Below, one piece after another: positions 8,027 through 18,975 of a stretch of DNA of 64,000 nucleotides. Every line of letters begins with the position of its first letter. Positions within the stretch are counted from its first letter, which is position 1. The stretch comes from Kofleriaceae bacterium. GTDB taxonomy: Bacteria; Myxococcota_A; Polyangia; Haliangiales; Haliangiaceae. The translations under genes were made by a program, and so were the position numbers. The stretch lies in assembly GCA_965215005.1 (NCBI GenBank), contig CBDCCZ010000009.1:35981-99980 (forward strand), read 5' to 3'. Below the pieces are notes generated by a model, which did no database searches, was not told the DNA's origin, and saw only the letters and a program-made list of their open reading frames with translations.

Positions 8027-9234
8027 TTACTCGAGCGCGACGAGCGCCTCGCGCATCCGGGCGAGACCGGAGCGGATGTCATCCATCGAGCAGGCGTAGG
8101 AGAGCCGCGCAAATCCCGGAGCTCCAAATCCCGAGCCCGGCACGATTGCCACTTGGCCCTGCTCTACGAGGTATTCACAAAGCTTTACGTCGCTGCCGAT
8201 GATGTCGCCACTTGCGGTCTTCTTGCCCAGGTAGCTCGATACATCTGGAAACGCGTAGAACGCGCCGTTGGGCTCGCGACAGCGCACATCCGGAATGGCA
8301 TTTAAAAGCTCGACCATCGCCTTGCGCCGCTCGTCGAAGGCGACGCGCATCTGTGCCACGCACTCTTGCGAACCGGTGATGGCCGCGAGCGCGGCGACTT
8401 GCGCAACGTGTGACGGGCCGGAGGTCGACTGCCCCTGGAGCTTGGCCATGGCTTTGACGAGCTCGACCGGACCGGCGCAGTAGCCGATGCGATAGCCCGT
8501 CATGGCGTAGGTCTTGCTCACGCCATCGACCAAGATGGTGTGAGCCGCGGTCGCCGCCGAAAGCGACGCGAACGAGACGTATTCGGCATCGCCGTACACG
8601 AGCGAGCGATAGATATCGTCGGAAATGACCCAGATGCCGTGCTCGAGGACGACGTCGGCCAGGGCTTCGAGCTGGGCGCGGGTGTAGAGCGCGCCGGTTG
8701 GGTTGGACGGCGTGTTGAGCACCAGCGCGCGCGTCTTCGGGGTGATGGCGGCGGCGAGCGCGGCCGGATCGAGTGCAAACCCGTTGCTCGCCTTGGTCTC
8801 GACGATCACCGGCTCGCCGCCGGCGAGCTTGACCATATCGGGATAGCTCACCCAGTACGGCGCCGGGATGATGACCTCGTCACCATCATCGAGCATGGCC
8901 ATGCAGATGTTGAAAAGGCTATGCTTAGCGCCGCAGTCGACGATTACCTGCTCGCTCGTGATGTCGGTGCCGTGGGTTTGGGAGAGGTCTTGGGCGACCG
9001 CGCTGCGCAGCGCGGCAGTGCCCATCACGTGGGTGTACTTGCCTACGTTGCCGCTCTCGAGCCCGTGGCGCACCGCATCTTTGATGTGCTCAGGCGTGTC
9101 GAAGTCGGGCTCGCCGGCGCCGAAGCTGATGACATCGAGCCCCCTGGCTTTGAGCTCCGCCGCTTTGGCCGTGACGGCCATGGTGATCGAGGGCTTGACG
9201 CGGTCGAGCCGCGCCGAGGTTCGCATCTTGGCTT

Positions 9235-9238
<4 letters not shown>
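8027..9238 (-). CDS. aspC: PLP-dependent aminotransferase class I (aspartate aminotransferase)
   Basis: GEPDFDTP, NTPSNPTG, SDDIY, PLP lysine in GVSKTYAMTGYRIG; ATGA overlap with coaD. Confidence 0.92.
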
Positions 9239-9753
<515 letters not shown>

Positions 9754-10308
9754 GCGCTCTTCCCGTCGATAGATGGACACTTCCGTGTCCCCGTAGCGGC
9801 GACGATCCGTTCTTACCAAACATCCGTAGCGAGCATCAGGTGCGCGGCGCCGGTCGTGCTCGAGGATTACGGTTGCCGCCGCGCCGAGCAGCTCGCCGTC
9901 GCCAAGCAGCGCCAGCACGCGCGCGCCGAGCTCGCTGCGATACGGCGGGTCGAGGAACACCCATTCGAACTGCTGGCCGCTGCGCTGCAGCCGTTCTAAC
10001 ACCCGCAGCGCGTCGCCAAACAGCACCTCACTGCGGGCCTCTAGACCGAGACTAGCGACGTTGTCGCGGATGCAGCGCAGCGCCGTCCGATTCGACTCGA
10101 CCAGCACCGCTCGCGCCGCGCCACGCGAGAGTGCCTCCATCGCCAAGCTTCCCGAGCCGGCGAACAAATCGAGCACGCGAGTCTGCTCCGGCGGCGGCCC
10201 CAGCACGCTGAACAGCGCCTCGCGCACCCGATCCGCGGTCGGTCGCGTTGCCGCGCCGGCGGGGGCGCGAAGCCGCCGACCACCAAGACTGCCTGCCACA
10301 ATGCGCAC
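9754..10308 (-). CDS. rsmD: 16S rRNA m2G966 methyltransferase; no stop codon, runs in frame into coaD
   Basis: RIVAG, TRPTADRVREALF, LDLFAGSG, FLDPPY, RYGDT. Confidence 0.92.
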
Positions 10309-10385
10309 CGCGGCAGGATACCCGTCGCAGTGGGCGGGGCGCGATGTTGCTGCGAAGTGTGATGGAGCGGTACCATCGGCGCTCC

Positions 10386-11963
10386 ATGCCGAGCTCCGGG
10401 GAGAATCTGGCCGCGCGTCTGCTCGACGCTGCGCTCGAGCGCGGCTGGGAGTCGCGCCCGGCGCTGCACGAAGGCTCTCGCTCATGGACGTTTGCGCAGC
10501 TCCGCGACCAAACCGCGCGGCTCTCGACGGTGCTGCGGATGCTGCGCATCGGCCGCGGCGAGCGCGTCGCGGTGCTCATGCACGATTGTCTCGAAGCTGC
10601 CGCCGCGGTCCTCGGCATCATCCACGCCGGCGCCGTCGCGGTGCCAATCAGCGAGCTCGCGCGCCCCCTCGACGTCCGCGACGTCATGCAGCACGCCGGC
10701 GCGGTGGCGGTCATCGTCGATGCCGATCTCGAACCTGGCCTCGACGAGGTGCGGGCACAGCTGGGCGAGCTTCGCGAAGTGCTGTGCGTGGGTGGGCACG
10801 GCCCGGGCGAGCGCGATCTTCACAGCATGCTGCGGTCGGCCGCACCGGGAACCGCTGCGCCGGTGGAGCCGAGCGACGTCGCGATGATCTTTTATCCGCA
10901 GCTCGGCCTCGAAGAAGATCTGCTCGGAGTTCCGCACGTTCACGCCACTCCACTCTTGGCGTTCGAGGCCCTCGGCCAGCGCGTCATCGGCCTTGCCGCA
11001 ACCGATCGCGTGCTGTCGCTCGTACGGCTTTCCACCTCTTACGGTCTCGGAATGGGCCTGTTCTTTCCGCTTGCCGCGGGCGCCGAATCGGTGCTGTTGC
11101 CCGAGCAAGCGCACAGCGAAGCGGTTTTTACTGCCCTCGCGGCGGCCGATCCCACCGTGCTGCTCGCGACGCCCTCGGTCTATGGCCAGCTCGCCCGCGA
11201 CGCCGAAAGCGCCGGCGCGCAGCGGCCGCTGGCGCGCCTACGGCTGTGTATCTCCGGCGCGGAGGGAATGCCGCCGCAGCTGATTCCCAAGGTGCGCGAG
11301 GTGTTGGGCGCCGAGGTTGTGGTCGGCTACGGGCTCACCGAAGCGTTCCAACTAGTGCTCGCGGGAACCGCCGCCGACGGCGCTCGCGGTGCGTGCGGCC
11401 GGCCGATTCCGGGATTCGAGGCGCGCATCATCGATGACGAAGGCGTGCCGGTCGCGGCCGATGTCATCGGCACCCTGCAGCTGCGGGGGCCGACGGTGCT
11501 CACCCGCTATTGGGCTGGACGTGAGGCCGATGCCTTCACTGACGGCTGGTTCACCACCCGGGACCGCTTCATGACGGATGACAGCGGGACCTTTCATCAC
11601 TGTGGGCGCGTCGATGACCGCTTCAAGGTCGGCGGCAAGTGGCTCTCACCCGCCGAGGTCGAGCGCGCGCTCCTTGCCCACGAAGCAGTCTGGGAATGCG
11701 CTGTTATCGGCGCTGAGGATGAAGATGGGCTTACCAAGCCGCTGGCGATCGTGGTCGCCAACATCGGTCACGACGGCGGTCCGATGCTGGAAGCGGAGCT
11801 GCGGGAGTACGTAAAAGACTCCCTCACCCCCTACAAGTATCCGCGGTGGATTGAGTTCGTCGACTCGCTGCCCAAGGGGCCCACCGGTAAAGTTCTGCGT
11901 TACAAGCTGCGGCCCTCGGGCCGACTGCGGCGCGCCGAAACCGGTACTGACGGCAGCTGGTAA
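10386..11963 (+). CDS. AMP-binding protein resembling benzoate-CoA ligases, with degenerate P-loop
   Basis: GYGLTE, GRVDDRFKVGG, YKYPRWIEFVDSLPKGPTGK; start uncertain (10341-10386). Confidence 0.85.
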   Translation: MPSSGENLAARLLDAALERGWESRPALHEGSRSWTFAQLRDQTARLSTVLRMLRIGRGERVAVLMHDCLEAAAAVLGIIHAGAVAVPISELARPLDVRDVMQHAGAVAVIVDADLEPGLDEVRAQLGELREVLCVGGHGPGERDLHSMLRSAAPGTAAPVEPSDVAMIFYPQLGLEEDLLGVPHVHATPLLAFEALGQRVIGLAATDRVLSLVRLSTSYGLGMGLFFPLAAGAESVLLPEQAHSEAVFTALAAADPTVLLATPSVYGQLARDAESAGAQRPLARLRLCISGAEGMPPQLIPKVREVLGAEVVVGYGLTEAFQLVLAGTAADGARGACGRPIPGFEARIIDDEGVPVAADVIGTLQLRGPTVLTRYWAGREADAFTDGWFTTRDRFMTDDSGTFHHCGRVDDRFKVGGKWLSPAEVERALLAHEAVWECAVIGAEDEDGLTKPLAIVVANIGHDGGPMLEAELREYVKDSLTPYKYPRWIEFVDSLPKGPTGKVLRYKLRPSGRLRRAETGTDGSW

Positions 11964-12547
11964 TTCCTCTGCTGCACGCCGCCGCGGGGAAGGTGCGCCC
12001 GTTTCCCCGGTCGTTACAACCGTGGCGGCGATAACAGCTTTAGCGCGCGAAATCGAAGCATGTTCGGATGGGCCGCCTCGAGCCGAATACTCGGCGGCAG
12101 TTGCCGCCTGGGACAAAATCCGACTCAGGCGACTCCCGACTGAGCCCGAATCATCGGCTACTGCGCTCGCCGCTCAGGTGGCTGCTCGGCCCGCCACTCT
12201 ACTGGCAGCCGGCTCTGGCCTTTGGCAGAAACTGCTTGAAACTTGAAGGGTTAGACGCGGTGCAGCATGGCGCGCTGGGCGCTGCTGCTTGGGGCAACGT
12301 GCCCCGCTGCTAACTCTTGGCAGCGATACCCAAACGCATCACCTGCGACGTCTCCGCTACAATTCGACTCCGGATCCGGAGCACCAACATTCCTTACCTG
12401 CGCTAACCACTTCTAACGATCTCGTGCGGTTTCTGTGATCGTTGTGTGTCAGGCCAACAAACATCCCAGTGGGGTGAAATATTGGCCTGAGCATTGCGAT
12501 AGCGCCGGCTCGGACCAGGCGAGACCTGGTCGCGAAAGGAGCTTCCC

Positions 12548-15500
12548 TTGCGTCGACGAACCACCAAGCCGACCTCCACGACTCCCGCGCTTCGGCGCCT
12601 CGGACTGGCCACGCCCCCGCCTTTCGTCGGCAGGCAGCGCGAGCTCGCCGCGTTGGGAGAGGCGCTGTCGGCGGGCTCTCCGCTGGTGGTTCGGGGGGCG
12701 GTGGGCTCGGGCAAGACTCGCTTGGCGCGCCAGCTTGCGCTCAGCGAGCATGTCATTGGCTATCGCGTCGCGCATATCCGCTGCGAGCCGGGGGATGTCG
12801 GCATCGCGGTGCGAGCCCGCGCCGAACGCGCGCTTGCGGCCCTGCCGGGATCGTTGCCGTCGCTGCTGACCACCGCCGAGGTGCTCCTGGTTCTCGACGA
12901 CGTTCACCACCTCGCGGAAGAGGACATCGCCCGGACGCTGGCGGGGCTCGTTGCCGAAGACGAAGCGAGCGGGCGCGGTCGCTTGCTCCTCTTGACCCGC
13001 GACGCGCTGCCGATTCGCCGCGACGTCGGACGGTTTGAGCTCGACCTCGAAGGCCTCGACGAAGCCGCTGCACGGGAGCTTTGGCATCACCTCGAGGAAA
13101 CCTACGGCCCCACCGCGGCAGGGGCTTGCGACGATGCACTTGCGTTCACCCGCGGCATGCCGCTGGCGCTGCGCCGAGAATACGCGCGCTCTCTCTTTGG
13201 CACCGATGCCTGGCTCACGAGCGCGTTGCCCCGCTCGACGCGGCGTGCTCTGGAAGCGGTCGCGGTGTTGCGCGTGCCGGCGGCCCCGGCAGCGCTCGCC
13301 GCGCTGATCTCGCACGACGAAACCGAGCAAGCCCTCATCGATTTGGTGTCGCGTCAGCTCGTCGACCCCCTCCAGGACGGCCGCTTCAGCATCCATGATG
13401 TCGTGCGCGACGACGTGCTTGAGTGCATGGAAGAGCAATCACGGCGCGTGCTCGAGCGCGCCGCTGCAGAGCTCGTCGCAACCGCCGGACGCGGGCTTCC
13501 GCAGTCCCGGCGCGTGGCGTGGGATGCCGGTGATGACGGTGCGCTGGGGCACCTCGACCCGGTCGACCGGTTGCGCGAGGCGGTGCTGCATCTGTTGGCG
13601 GCGGGTGATCCGGCGGCGGCGCTGGCGCGGCTGCAAGACGGCGAGTCGGTCGCCCTGTTGCGCGGTGCGAGCGGGGAGCTCATCGCCATCATTGACGCCA
13701 TCGCTCGTGTAGCAGACGCGTCGCTCCAGGCACCGTTGCGGGCGGCGCGCGCGCGGATCGCGCTGCGGCAGGGGCGGGTGGCTGAAGCGCTCGAGCTGGC
13801 CAGCGATGCAAACGTGCTCAGCGCCGCTCAGCGTGCCTGGCTGCAGTATTGCTCGGGGCAGATCGCTGGCGCTCGCAGCGAGCTCGAGCGTGAGCTCAGC
13901 AGCGACGAGCCGGCGACGCGCTGCCAGGCCGCCGCGCTGCTCGTCGAGCTCGAGCTCGCCAGCGGCAATCGCGCCCGCGCCGAAGCCTTGGTGACGACCG
14001 CTCTGGAGCGAGATCGCAACGCCCTCGACGATACCGGCCGAGCGCGTTTGCACTTGGCGATGACTGCGGTGCTCGAGCACGCGGGGCAGGTGAGCGCGGC
14101 GCGCGCTGCGCTGGCGCGGATTGGCGGACAGCTCGACGCCGGGCTGGCGGCGCGTGTCGCGGCTCGTCGTGCGGTGTGTTTGGCGCGCGAGGGGCGGCTG
14201 GCGGAGGCCGACACGGCGCTCGCCGACGCCGAGCAACAGGCGCTCGAGGTCGATGAGGCGTGGGTGGCGGAGGAGCTCATCGCTGCGCGTGCGATGCTGC
14301 TGGCGCGGCGCGGGGCGCTGCTCGAGGCCGAGGCGACGCTGCGCGCGCTGGTGTCGGCGCGGCGCGAGCGCGGGGATGAGGTCGGCGCGCTGGTCGTGGA
14401 GCTCGAGCTTGCAGCGGTGCTGCTGCGGCGCGGAGTGCTCGCCGCCGCTTGCGAGCTCGCCGCTGCTTGCAGCGCCTCGGCAGCACGCCGCGGCCTCGCC
14501 GAGCTGGCGGCGCGGGCCCGGTTGATTGCGGCTACGATCGATGCGCGCGAGCTGCGGCTGGCGGAGGCGCGGCACGAGCTCGAGGCGCTGATCGCGAGCC
14601 AGGCTTCGGCCGCGGTGCGCTCGGCTGCCGAGCTCGCGCTTGCTGAGGTGAACGCATGGGCGGGGGAGGGGGTTGGCCAGGCACCGCTGGACGAGGAGCT
14701 GCGCGACGCCATCGACCTTGGCAGTGCGCGCGCTGCCGCGCATCTGGCCGCGGGGGACGGCTCTGCGGCCGCCGCGATGGCCCGCTCGGTCGCGGTTCGC
14801 GCCGAGCGGTCCGGTCGCGCGGCAGAGCTTGCCGATGCGTTGGCGCTGGCGGCACGGCTGCAGCTGGCGCGCGGTGACAAAGACGGCGCGGTCGCCGCGG
14901 CGACTCGTGCCGCGCGCGAAGCCTCGAGCTGCGGCATGGAGCAAGCGCGAGTGACGGCGCTCTTGGTGTTGGCCGCAGTGGCACGCGACGAGGGCGCTGT
15001 GACGGTGGCCTCGGACTATGCCCGCGACGCGGCGCGTATTGCGGTCGCCGCGGGGTTGCCGGTCGAGCGGTTGGTCGCCGCCGAGGCGTTGGAAGCCATC
15101 GCCGATGCCGGCGATGCCAGCGCTGCGGAAGCACGCAACGCCGCCGCCGCCACCATGAGCCAAGCGGCGCTCGACGCCGCCGGCCGACTGCTCTCCGATC
15201 TCGGTCTCACCGCCGCGCGGCCCTATCGGCTGGTTTCCGCCACCGGCACCGATAGTTTGGTTGCCGATGCCAATCCCGACCTGTTGCGCATGGGCGATCG
15301 CAATCTCGCGGTCGATGGTATTCGCGAGGTAATCGTCCGCGACGGCGCTCAGATCGCCGACTTGCGCCGGCGCAGCCTGCTAAAGCGGCTGCTGTTCCTA
15401 TTTGCCGGTGCCCCCGGGCGGGTCTTCTCCAAAGAGGAGATCGTCCAGACGGTGTGGGACGTGGAGTACCACCCGCTTCGTCACGACGCGGCGCTGTTCA

Positions 15501-15631
15501 CCAACATCATGCGAATTCGCCGGCTGCTCGGCAGCGACGGCGCGGACCTCATCCGGGTCAACGAAGAAGGCTATCGCTTCGTGCCGCCCAAAGACTTCTT
15601 GTTCGTCGAGATAGCGCGCGCGGCGAGCTGA
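12548..15631 (+). CDS. STAND-like ATPase/TPR regulator with C-terminal winged-helix domain
   Basis: FVGRQREL, Walker A GAVGSGKT, Walker B LLVLDD, GMPLAL, helical repeats, FSKEEIVQTVW...NIMRIRRLL...GYRF. Confidence 0.85.
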   Translation: MRRRTTKPTSTTPALRRLGLATPPPFVGRQRELAALGEALSAGSPLVVRGAVGSGKTRLARQLALSEHVIGYRVAHIRCEPGDVGIAVRARAERALAALPGSLPSLLTTAEVLLVLDDVHHLAEEDIARTLAGLVAEDEASGRGRLLLLTRDALPIRRDVGRFELDLEGLDEAAARELWHHLEETYGPTAAGACDDALAFTRGMPLALRREYARSLFGTDAWLTSALPRSTRRALEAVAVLRVPAAPAALAALISHDETEQALIDLVSRQLVDPLQDGRFSIHDVVRDDVLECMEEQSRRVLERAAAELVATAGRGLPQSRRVAWDAGDDGALGHLDPVDRLREAVLHLLAAGDPAAALARLQDGESVALLRGASGELIAIIDAIARVADASLQAPLRAARARIALRQGRVAEALELASDANVLSAAQRAWLQYCSGQIAGARSELERELSSDEPATRCQAAALLVELELASGNRARAEALVTTALERDRNALDDTGRARLHLAMTAVLEHAGQVSAARAALARIGGQLDAGLAARVAARRAVCLAREGRLAEADTALADAEQQALEVDEAWVAEELIAARAMLLARRGALLEAEATLRALVSARRERGDEVGALVVELELAAVLLRRGVLAAACELAAACSASAARRGLAELAARARLIAATIDARELRLAEARHELEALIASQASAAVRSAAELALAEVNAWAGEGVGQAPLDEELRDAIDLGSARAAAHLAAGDGSAAAAMARSVAVRAERSGRAAELADALALAARLQLARGDKDGAVAAATRAAREASSCGMEQARVTALLVLAAVARDEGAVTVASDYARDAARIAVAAGLPVERLVAAEALEAIADAGDASAAEARNAAAATMSQAALDAAGRLLSDLGLTAARPYRLVSATGTDSLVADANPDLLRMGDRNLAVDGIREVIVRDGAQIADLRRRSLLKRLLFLFAGAPGRVFSKEEIVQTVWDVEYHPLRHDAALFTNIMRIRRLLGSDGADLIRVNEEGYRFVPPKDFLFVEIARAAS

Positions 15632-15709
15632 CCGGGCGAGGGTGCGCTTGCCGCGTGCGGCAGTCGACCCGCGGCCGCGGCCGCGGGTCACCTGCTAGCG
15701 GGGCGGGTG

Positions 15710-15776
15710 ATCAATCCCGCGGCGGCGCGCTAGTGGTTCACGGCGGAAGTCGTGAACCACTAGAAAAACAACAATC
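15710..15776. repeat. Partial copy of the dispersed repeat with its perfect palindrome
   Basis: CTAGTGGTTCACG-gcggaagt-CGTGAACCACTAG (15730-15763); flanks match 55322-55388. Confidence 0.85.
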
Positions 15777-15785
15777 AACGAGTGC

Positions 15786-16400
15786 TCAGGCGCGCGAAGC
15801 CGCGGCAATGCGCGCGATTTCGGCGTGGACTTGATAGGGATACTCGCGAGCCAGCAGCACCGGCAGCTCGGCCCGCAGCGCGGAGACGAACGCGCGGTAG
15901 TCATCAACCGCCATCAAGTCGGCGAGCGTAAGAAGAAATTCACCGTCGCCGCGGGCGATCTCGGTGAGCAGGTGCTCGGAGTTGACGAGGGTGAAACGCA
16001 ACGCCGCGGAAACGCCGGGCGGGCGCGTTGCGCCGTCATTACGGGGCAGCTCGAGGTAATAGGCACCGGGCGAATATTCGATCATCGCGCCGGAAATCGC
16101 GTCGGTGACCCACGACCACAGGCAACTGAGGTTGAGAATGGCGACGTTGTTGATCGTCTTGCCGAGCCGGAACGCGCGGCTTTGGTAGCCCGGCGCGGTG
16201 ATCGTGATGACGTGATTGCCGAAGGTCTGGCGGTCGAGCACCACCGTGGTCGGCGTCCGCCCGATTGGCACACTGTTGATCATCACGGTCGCGCCGGCCG
16301 GCTCGGAGGTGAACGACACCGGCTGATCGGAGCTGGAGAACAGGGTGGCGCAGCCGCTGCTAGCGACGCAAACGGCGATGAGTAGGGCAAGTCGTTTCAT
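15786..16400 (-). CDS. PEGA-domain lipoprotein with DUF3015-like C-terminal module
   Basis: Lipobox SSGC; SEPAGATVMIN...IGRTP (PEGA); EIARGDGEFLLTLA. Confidence 0.8.
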   Translation of the reverse strand: MKRLALLIAVCVASSGCATLFSSSDQPVSFTSEPAGATVMINSVPIGRTPTTVVLDRQTFGNHVITITAPGYQSRAFRLGKTINNVAILNLSCLWSWVTDAISGAMIEYSPGAYYLELPRNDGATRPPGVSAALRFTLVNSEHLLTEIARGDGEFLLTLADLMAVDDYRAFVSALRAELPVLLAREYPYQVHAEIARIAAASRA

Positions 16401-16408
16401 GTGGTTCC

Positions 16409-18460
16409 TCAGTAGTAGTAGAGCAGTGAGAGTTGTGCTTCGGTGCCCGCCGCCTCGGCACGAACCTCGGCGCTAAGGGCATAACCAGAGACGTATTGCC
16501 AGCGCAGCGTGCCCGCCGCCGACCACAGCTGGGTCTGATCTTGACGCGGTAGCCACAGCATTCTGCCGGAGCTCAGCCAGACCAGGTTCTGCGTGAGCCG
16601 GGCGCGCAGGCCGAGCGATCCGCCGACACCGAGCCGCATCGGCCCCACGACTCCATCGAGGTCAGGGTGAAACGCCACGCTGGTTTCGGTCATGGCGAAG
16701 GTCGTGAGGCGGTCGGAGAGGGCGCCCAGGGTGACGCCGCCGCCAATATCGAAGAAGCCCGTGAGACACGAGGGGCAGCCGCGGTCGTAGATGCGCCGCG
16801 CGCCGGTGTCGAGGCGCCAGGAGACGTTGCGATCGTAGCGAGTGAGCGGCACGAGGTTGACGACACGGACGAGTGAGGTGCTCTCGAGGCCGAGCTCGAG
16901 GTCGTCGAACCAGAAGCGCAGCTCGGTGGGCAAGAACTCCAGCTGCGAGGTCTCCGGATAGCCTGCGATCGGGTCAGCGAGGTCGTGCATGGCCAGTCGC
17001 GCGTTCAAGGTGCCAAATGGGCGGGCGCCGCGCAGGCCAGAGCCAACTCCAAAGCGACTCGAGCCGTGGCCGCGATGCGGCGCGCGTTCCCGGGGAACGT
17101 TGTATTCCAGCGGCGCCGACACCACGCCCAGCGCGGAGCGTCTGCCGAGCAGTGCAAGCTTGTGCTTTGCCGGCTCAGAGCGGGTGTCGGTGACGATCTG
17201 CTCGCCATAGCGCAAATCCAGCATGTCCAGCGCTGCATCGAGCGCGGCCGCGGCACGCGCCGCGGGCATCGCGACGGGCAGTGGCGTCTCGGGATCGTCC
17301 AGCAGCTTGCTCAAGAGATCACGCTCGGCTTCATCGAGCTTGGCGAGCCGGGCGTAAAACTGGGTGCGCAGCGACGGCCGGTATTCGACTCGGGTGACGA
17401 AGGTGGGGTTGGCGAGCAGTGCCTTGATGGTGTCGGCAGGAATCACTGGCCACTTCACGTGGCTCAGCAAATCGATCGAAGGATCGGCGACCTCGAGCGT
17501 ACCGAGTACGTGATACGAGCAGTTTTCGCTGAGATAGAAGTAATCGAAGTAGGTCGATCCGAGCTCCCAGAGGTGCCGCACGAGCAGGTCGAGCTGCGGT
17601 TGGGTGAGCGCCAGCTCGTATTCCCACAAGTCGCGCGACTCGAAGTCGTTGTACTCGCGAACCTTGTAGTAGTAGGGCATCCGCTGAAAGGTCCCGCGAA
17701 ACATCCCAGTGAGGCCTTTGAGGGCATATAGGAGGGCGTTTCCGGTATCGACTCCAGCGGAATAGTTGACGCCGGTGTCGAGCAGCTGGCGGCGTTGGTC
17801 GCCGGCATCGGCGGCCTGCTTGTTGATGCGCAACAGGGTGTGGCCGAAGGCCGACGCCGCGTTGCTGAGATAGTACGAGGAGAAGACCAGGGTGGCCGAG
17901 CGGGCGTTGAGCGAGTCGAGAAAGCGCTCGAGCTTGGGACATTGGCGCTGAGGGAGGTCGTCCTCAGAGAAGCCGAGCTCGCGCTGGAGCCAGACCAGCC
18001 GCGCCGGGAAACGGCAGATGGCGTGGTCATCGCCGGCCGGGGCCGCAAAGAATGCGCGCAAGGTCGCGAGCAGCTCGGCAGCGGGGTCTTCGGCGCCGCG
18101 CGGGGAGAGAAAGAACTCGCTGCCGTCGGCTTCGCTTTGCACACCGCGAAGCCAACCTTCGCGCCAGCGGCCGAGGCGGCGCCACTGCGTGCGCCTCCAA
18201 AGCTTTCGCTCGTTCGCCTGTGCGATCAGGCGCTCGAGAACGGCGGTTTCGCTGCCGCTAGGGGCGGAGACCTTGGAAGTGGCGCTGTTGGCCGCGGGGG
18301 TCTCGTCGGCGGTCGTGTCACCGGTGCGGGCCGCTGCGGTGGTCTGGTTTGTGGCGGATGTGGTCTCGGCCACATCGGCTCGGCTGAGCGCAGGAGCTCC
18401 GAGCAGCACCAGGAGCGTGCTGGTGGTGAGGAAGTGGGCCCGGCCCGAGGCCGAGCCCAT
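16409..18460 (-). CDS. DUF4105 (Lnb N-terminal-like) protein with probable C-terminal beta-barrel
   Basis: CRFPAR, ASAFGHTLLRI, YNDFESRDLWEY, YFYLSENCS; ends LSLLYYY. Confidence 0.85.
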   Translation of the reverse strand: MGSASGRAHFLTTSTLLVLLGAPALSRADVAETTSATNQTTAAARTGDTTADETPAANSATSKVSAPSGSETAVLERLIAQANERKLWRRTQWRRLGRWREGWLRGVQSEADGSEFFLSPRGAEDPAAELLATLRAFFAAPAGDDHAICRFPARLVWLQRELGFSEDDLPQRQCPKLERFLDSLNARSATLVFSSYYLSNAASAFGHTLLRINKQAADAGDQRRQLLDTGVNYSAGVDTGNALLYALKGLTGMFRGTFQRMPYYYKVREYNDFESRDLWEYELALTQPQLDLLVRHLWELGSTYFDYFYLSENCSYHVLGTLEVADPSIDLLSHVKWPVIPADTIKALLANPTFVTRVEYRPSLRTQFYARLAKLDEAERDLLSKLLDDPETPLPVAMPAARAAAALDAALDMLDLRYGEQIVTDTRSEPAKHKLALLGRRSALGVVSAPLEYNVPRERAPHRGHGSSRFGVGSGLRGARPFGTLNARLAMHDLADPIAGYPETSQLEFLPTELRFWFDDLELGLESTSLVRVVNLVPLTRYDRNVSWRLDTGARRIYDRGCPSCLTGFFDIGGGVTLGALSDRLTTFAMTETSVAFHPDLDGVVGPMRLGVGGSLGLRARLTQNLVWLSSGRMLWLPRQDQTQLWSAAGTLRWQYVSGYALSAEVRAEAAGTEAQLSLLYYY

Positions 18461-18468
18461 TCGCTTCT

Positions 18469-18975
18469 TTAGAGAATCTTGTCGCAACGGAGCGAATTGT
18501 CGCTGCGCAGCACGGTGATGACGCCCTGGGAGACCTGCTGGTCGGTCACGCCCGCGCCCGGAAAGATGGCGGAGAAGTTGCCTTGCAACGAACGACCAAC
18601 GGCGGTGCTATCGCCGCAGCCGCCGAGAGTGGCCAGCGTGTCGATGGTCTCGCCCGAGCCGCGGGCGATGTCCTTGGCGAGGATCTCGCGGTTGGTCTCG
18701 ACGAACGAAGCGACGTTGACGACCGGATCGCCGGAGTCGACGCAGTTGCTGGTGCCCGAGGTGATGCCGAAGGTCTGGCTGTAGAACGAGCCGTTGGTGG
18801 TGGCGGCAAGGACCTGGATCATGCCGGGCTCGGCGCCAAAGATGAGCGAGCCGAGTCCGCAGCCGGCCGTGCCGTAGCTATTGGCGGTGTTGACGGTTGC
18901 TTGTTGAGCGGAGGCGGTGCCGAGCCCGAGTTGGCAGAGTCCAGCCAAGACTAGGAGCGATAGGATTCTCTTCAT
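18469..18975 (-). CDS. DUF3015 family secreted protein
   Basis: Signal peptide; YGTAGCGLGS, ATTN...QTFGITSGTSNC, DIARGSGE. Confidence 0.88.
   Translation of the reverse strand: MKRILSLLVLAGLCQLGLGTASAQQATVNTANSYGTAGCGLGSLIFGAEPGMIQVLAATTNGSFYSQTFGITSGTSNCVDSGDPVVNVASFVETNREILAKDIARGSGETIDTLATLGGCGDSTAVGRSLQGNFSAIFPGAGVTDQQVSQGVITVLRSDNSLRCDKIL

Noticed and set aside
11964..12447. tmRNA, RNase P, SRP or tRNA in the long intergenic gap
   Set aside because: No diagnostic conserved motifs recognised by eye
13439..15163. Long antisense and alternate-frame ORFs (also 10061-11437, 41582-42673, 51164-52288 and others)
   Set aside because: Shadow ORFs expected in high-GC coding DNA; no recognisable motifs and they overlap well-supported genes
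12548..15631. Avs-type antiphage STAND system (also 51389-54217)
   Set aside because: No N-terminal nuclease or other effector domain; the C-terminal wHTH fits a transcriptional regulator
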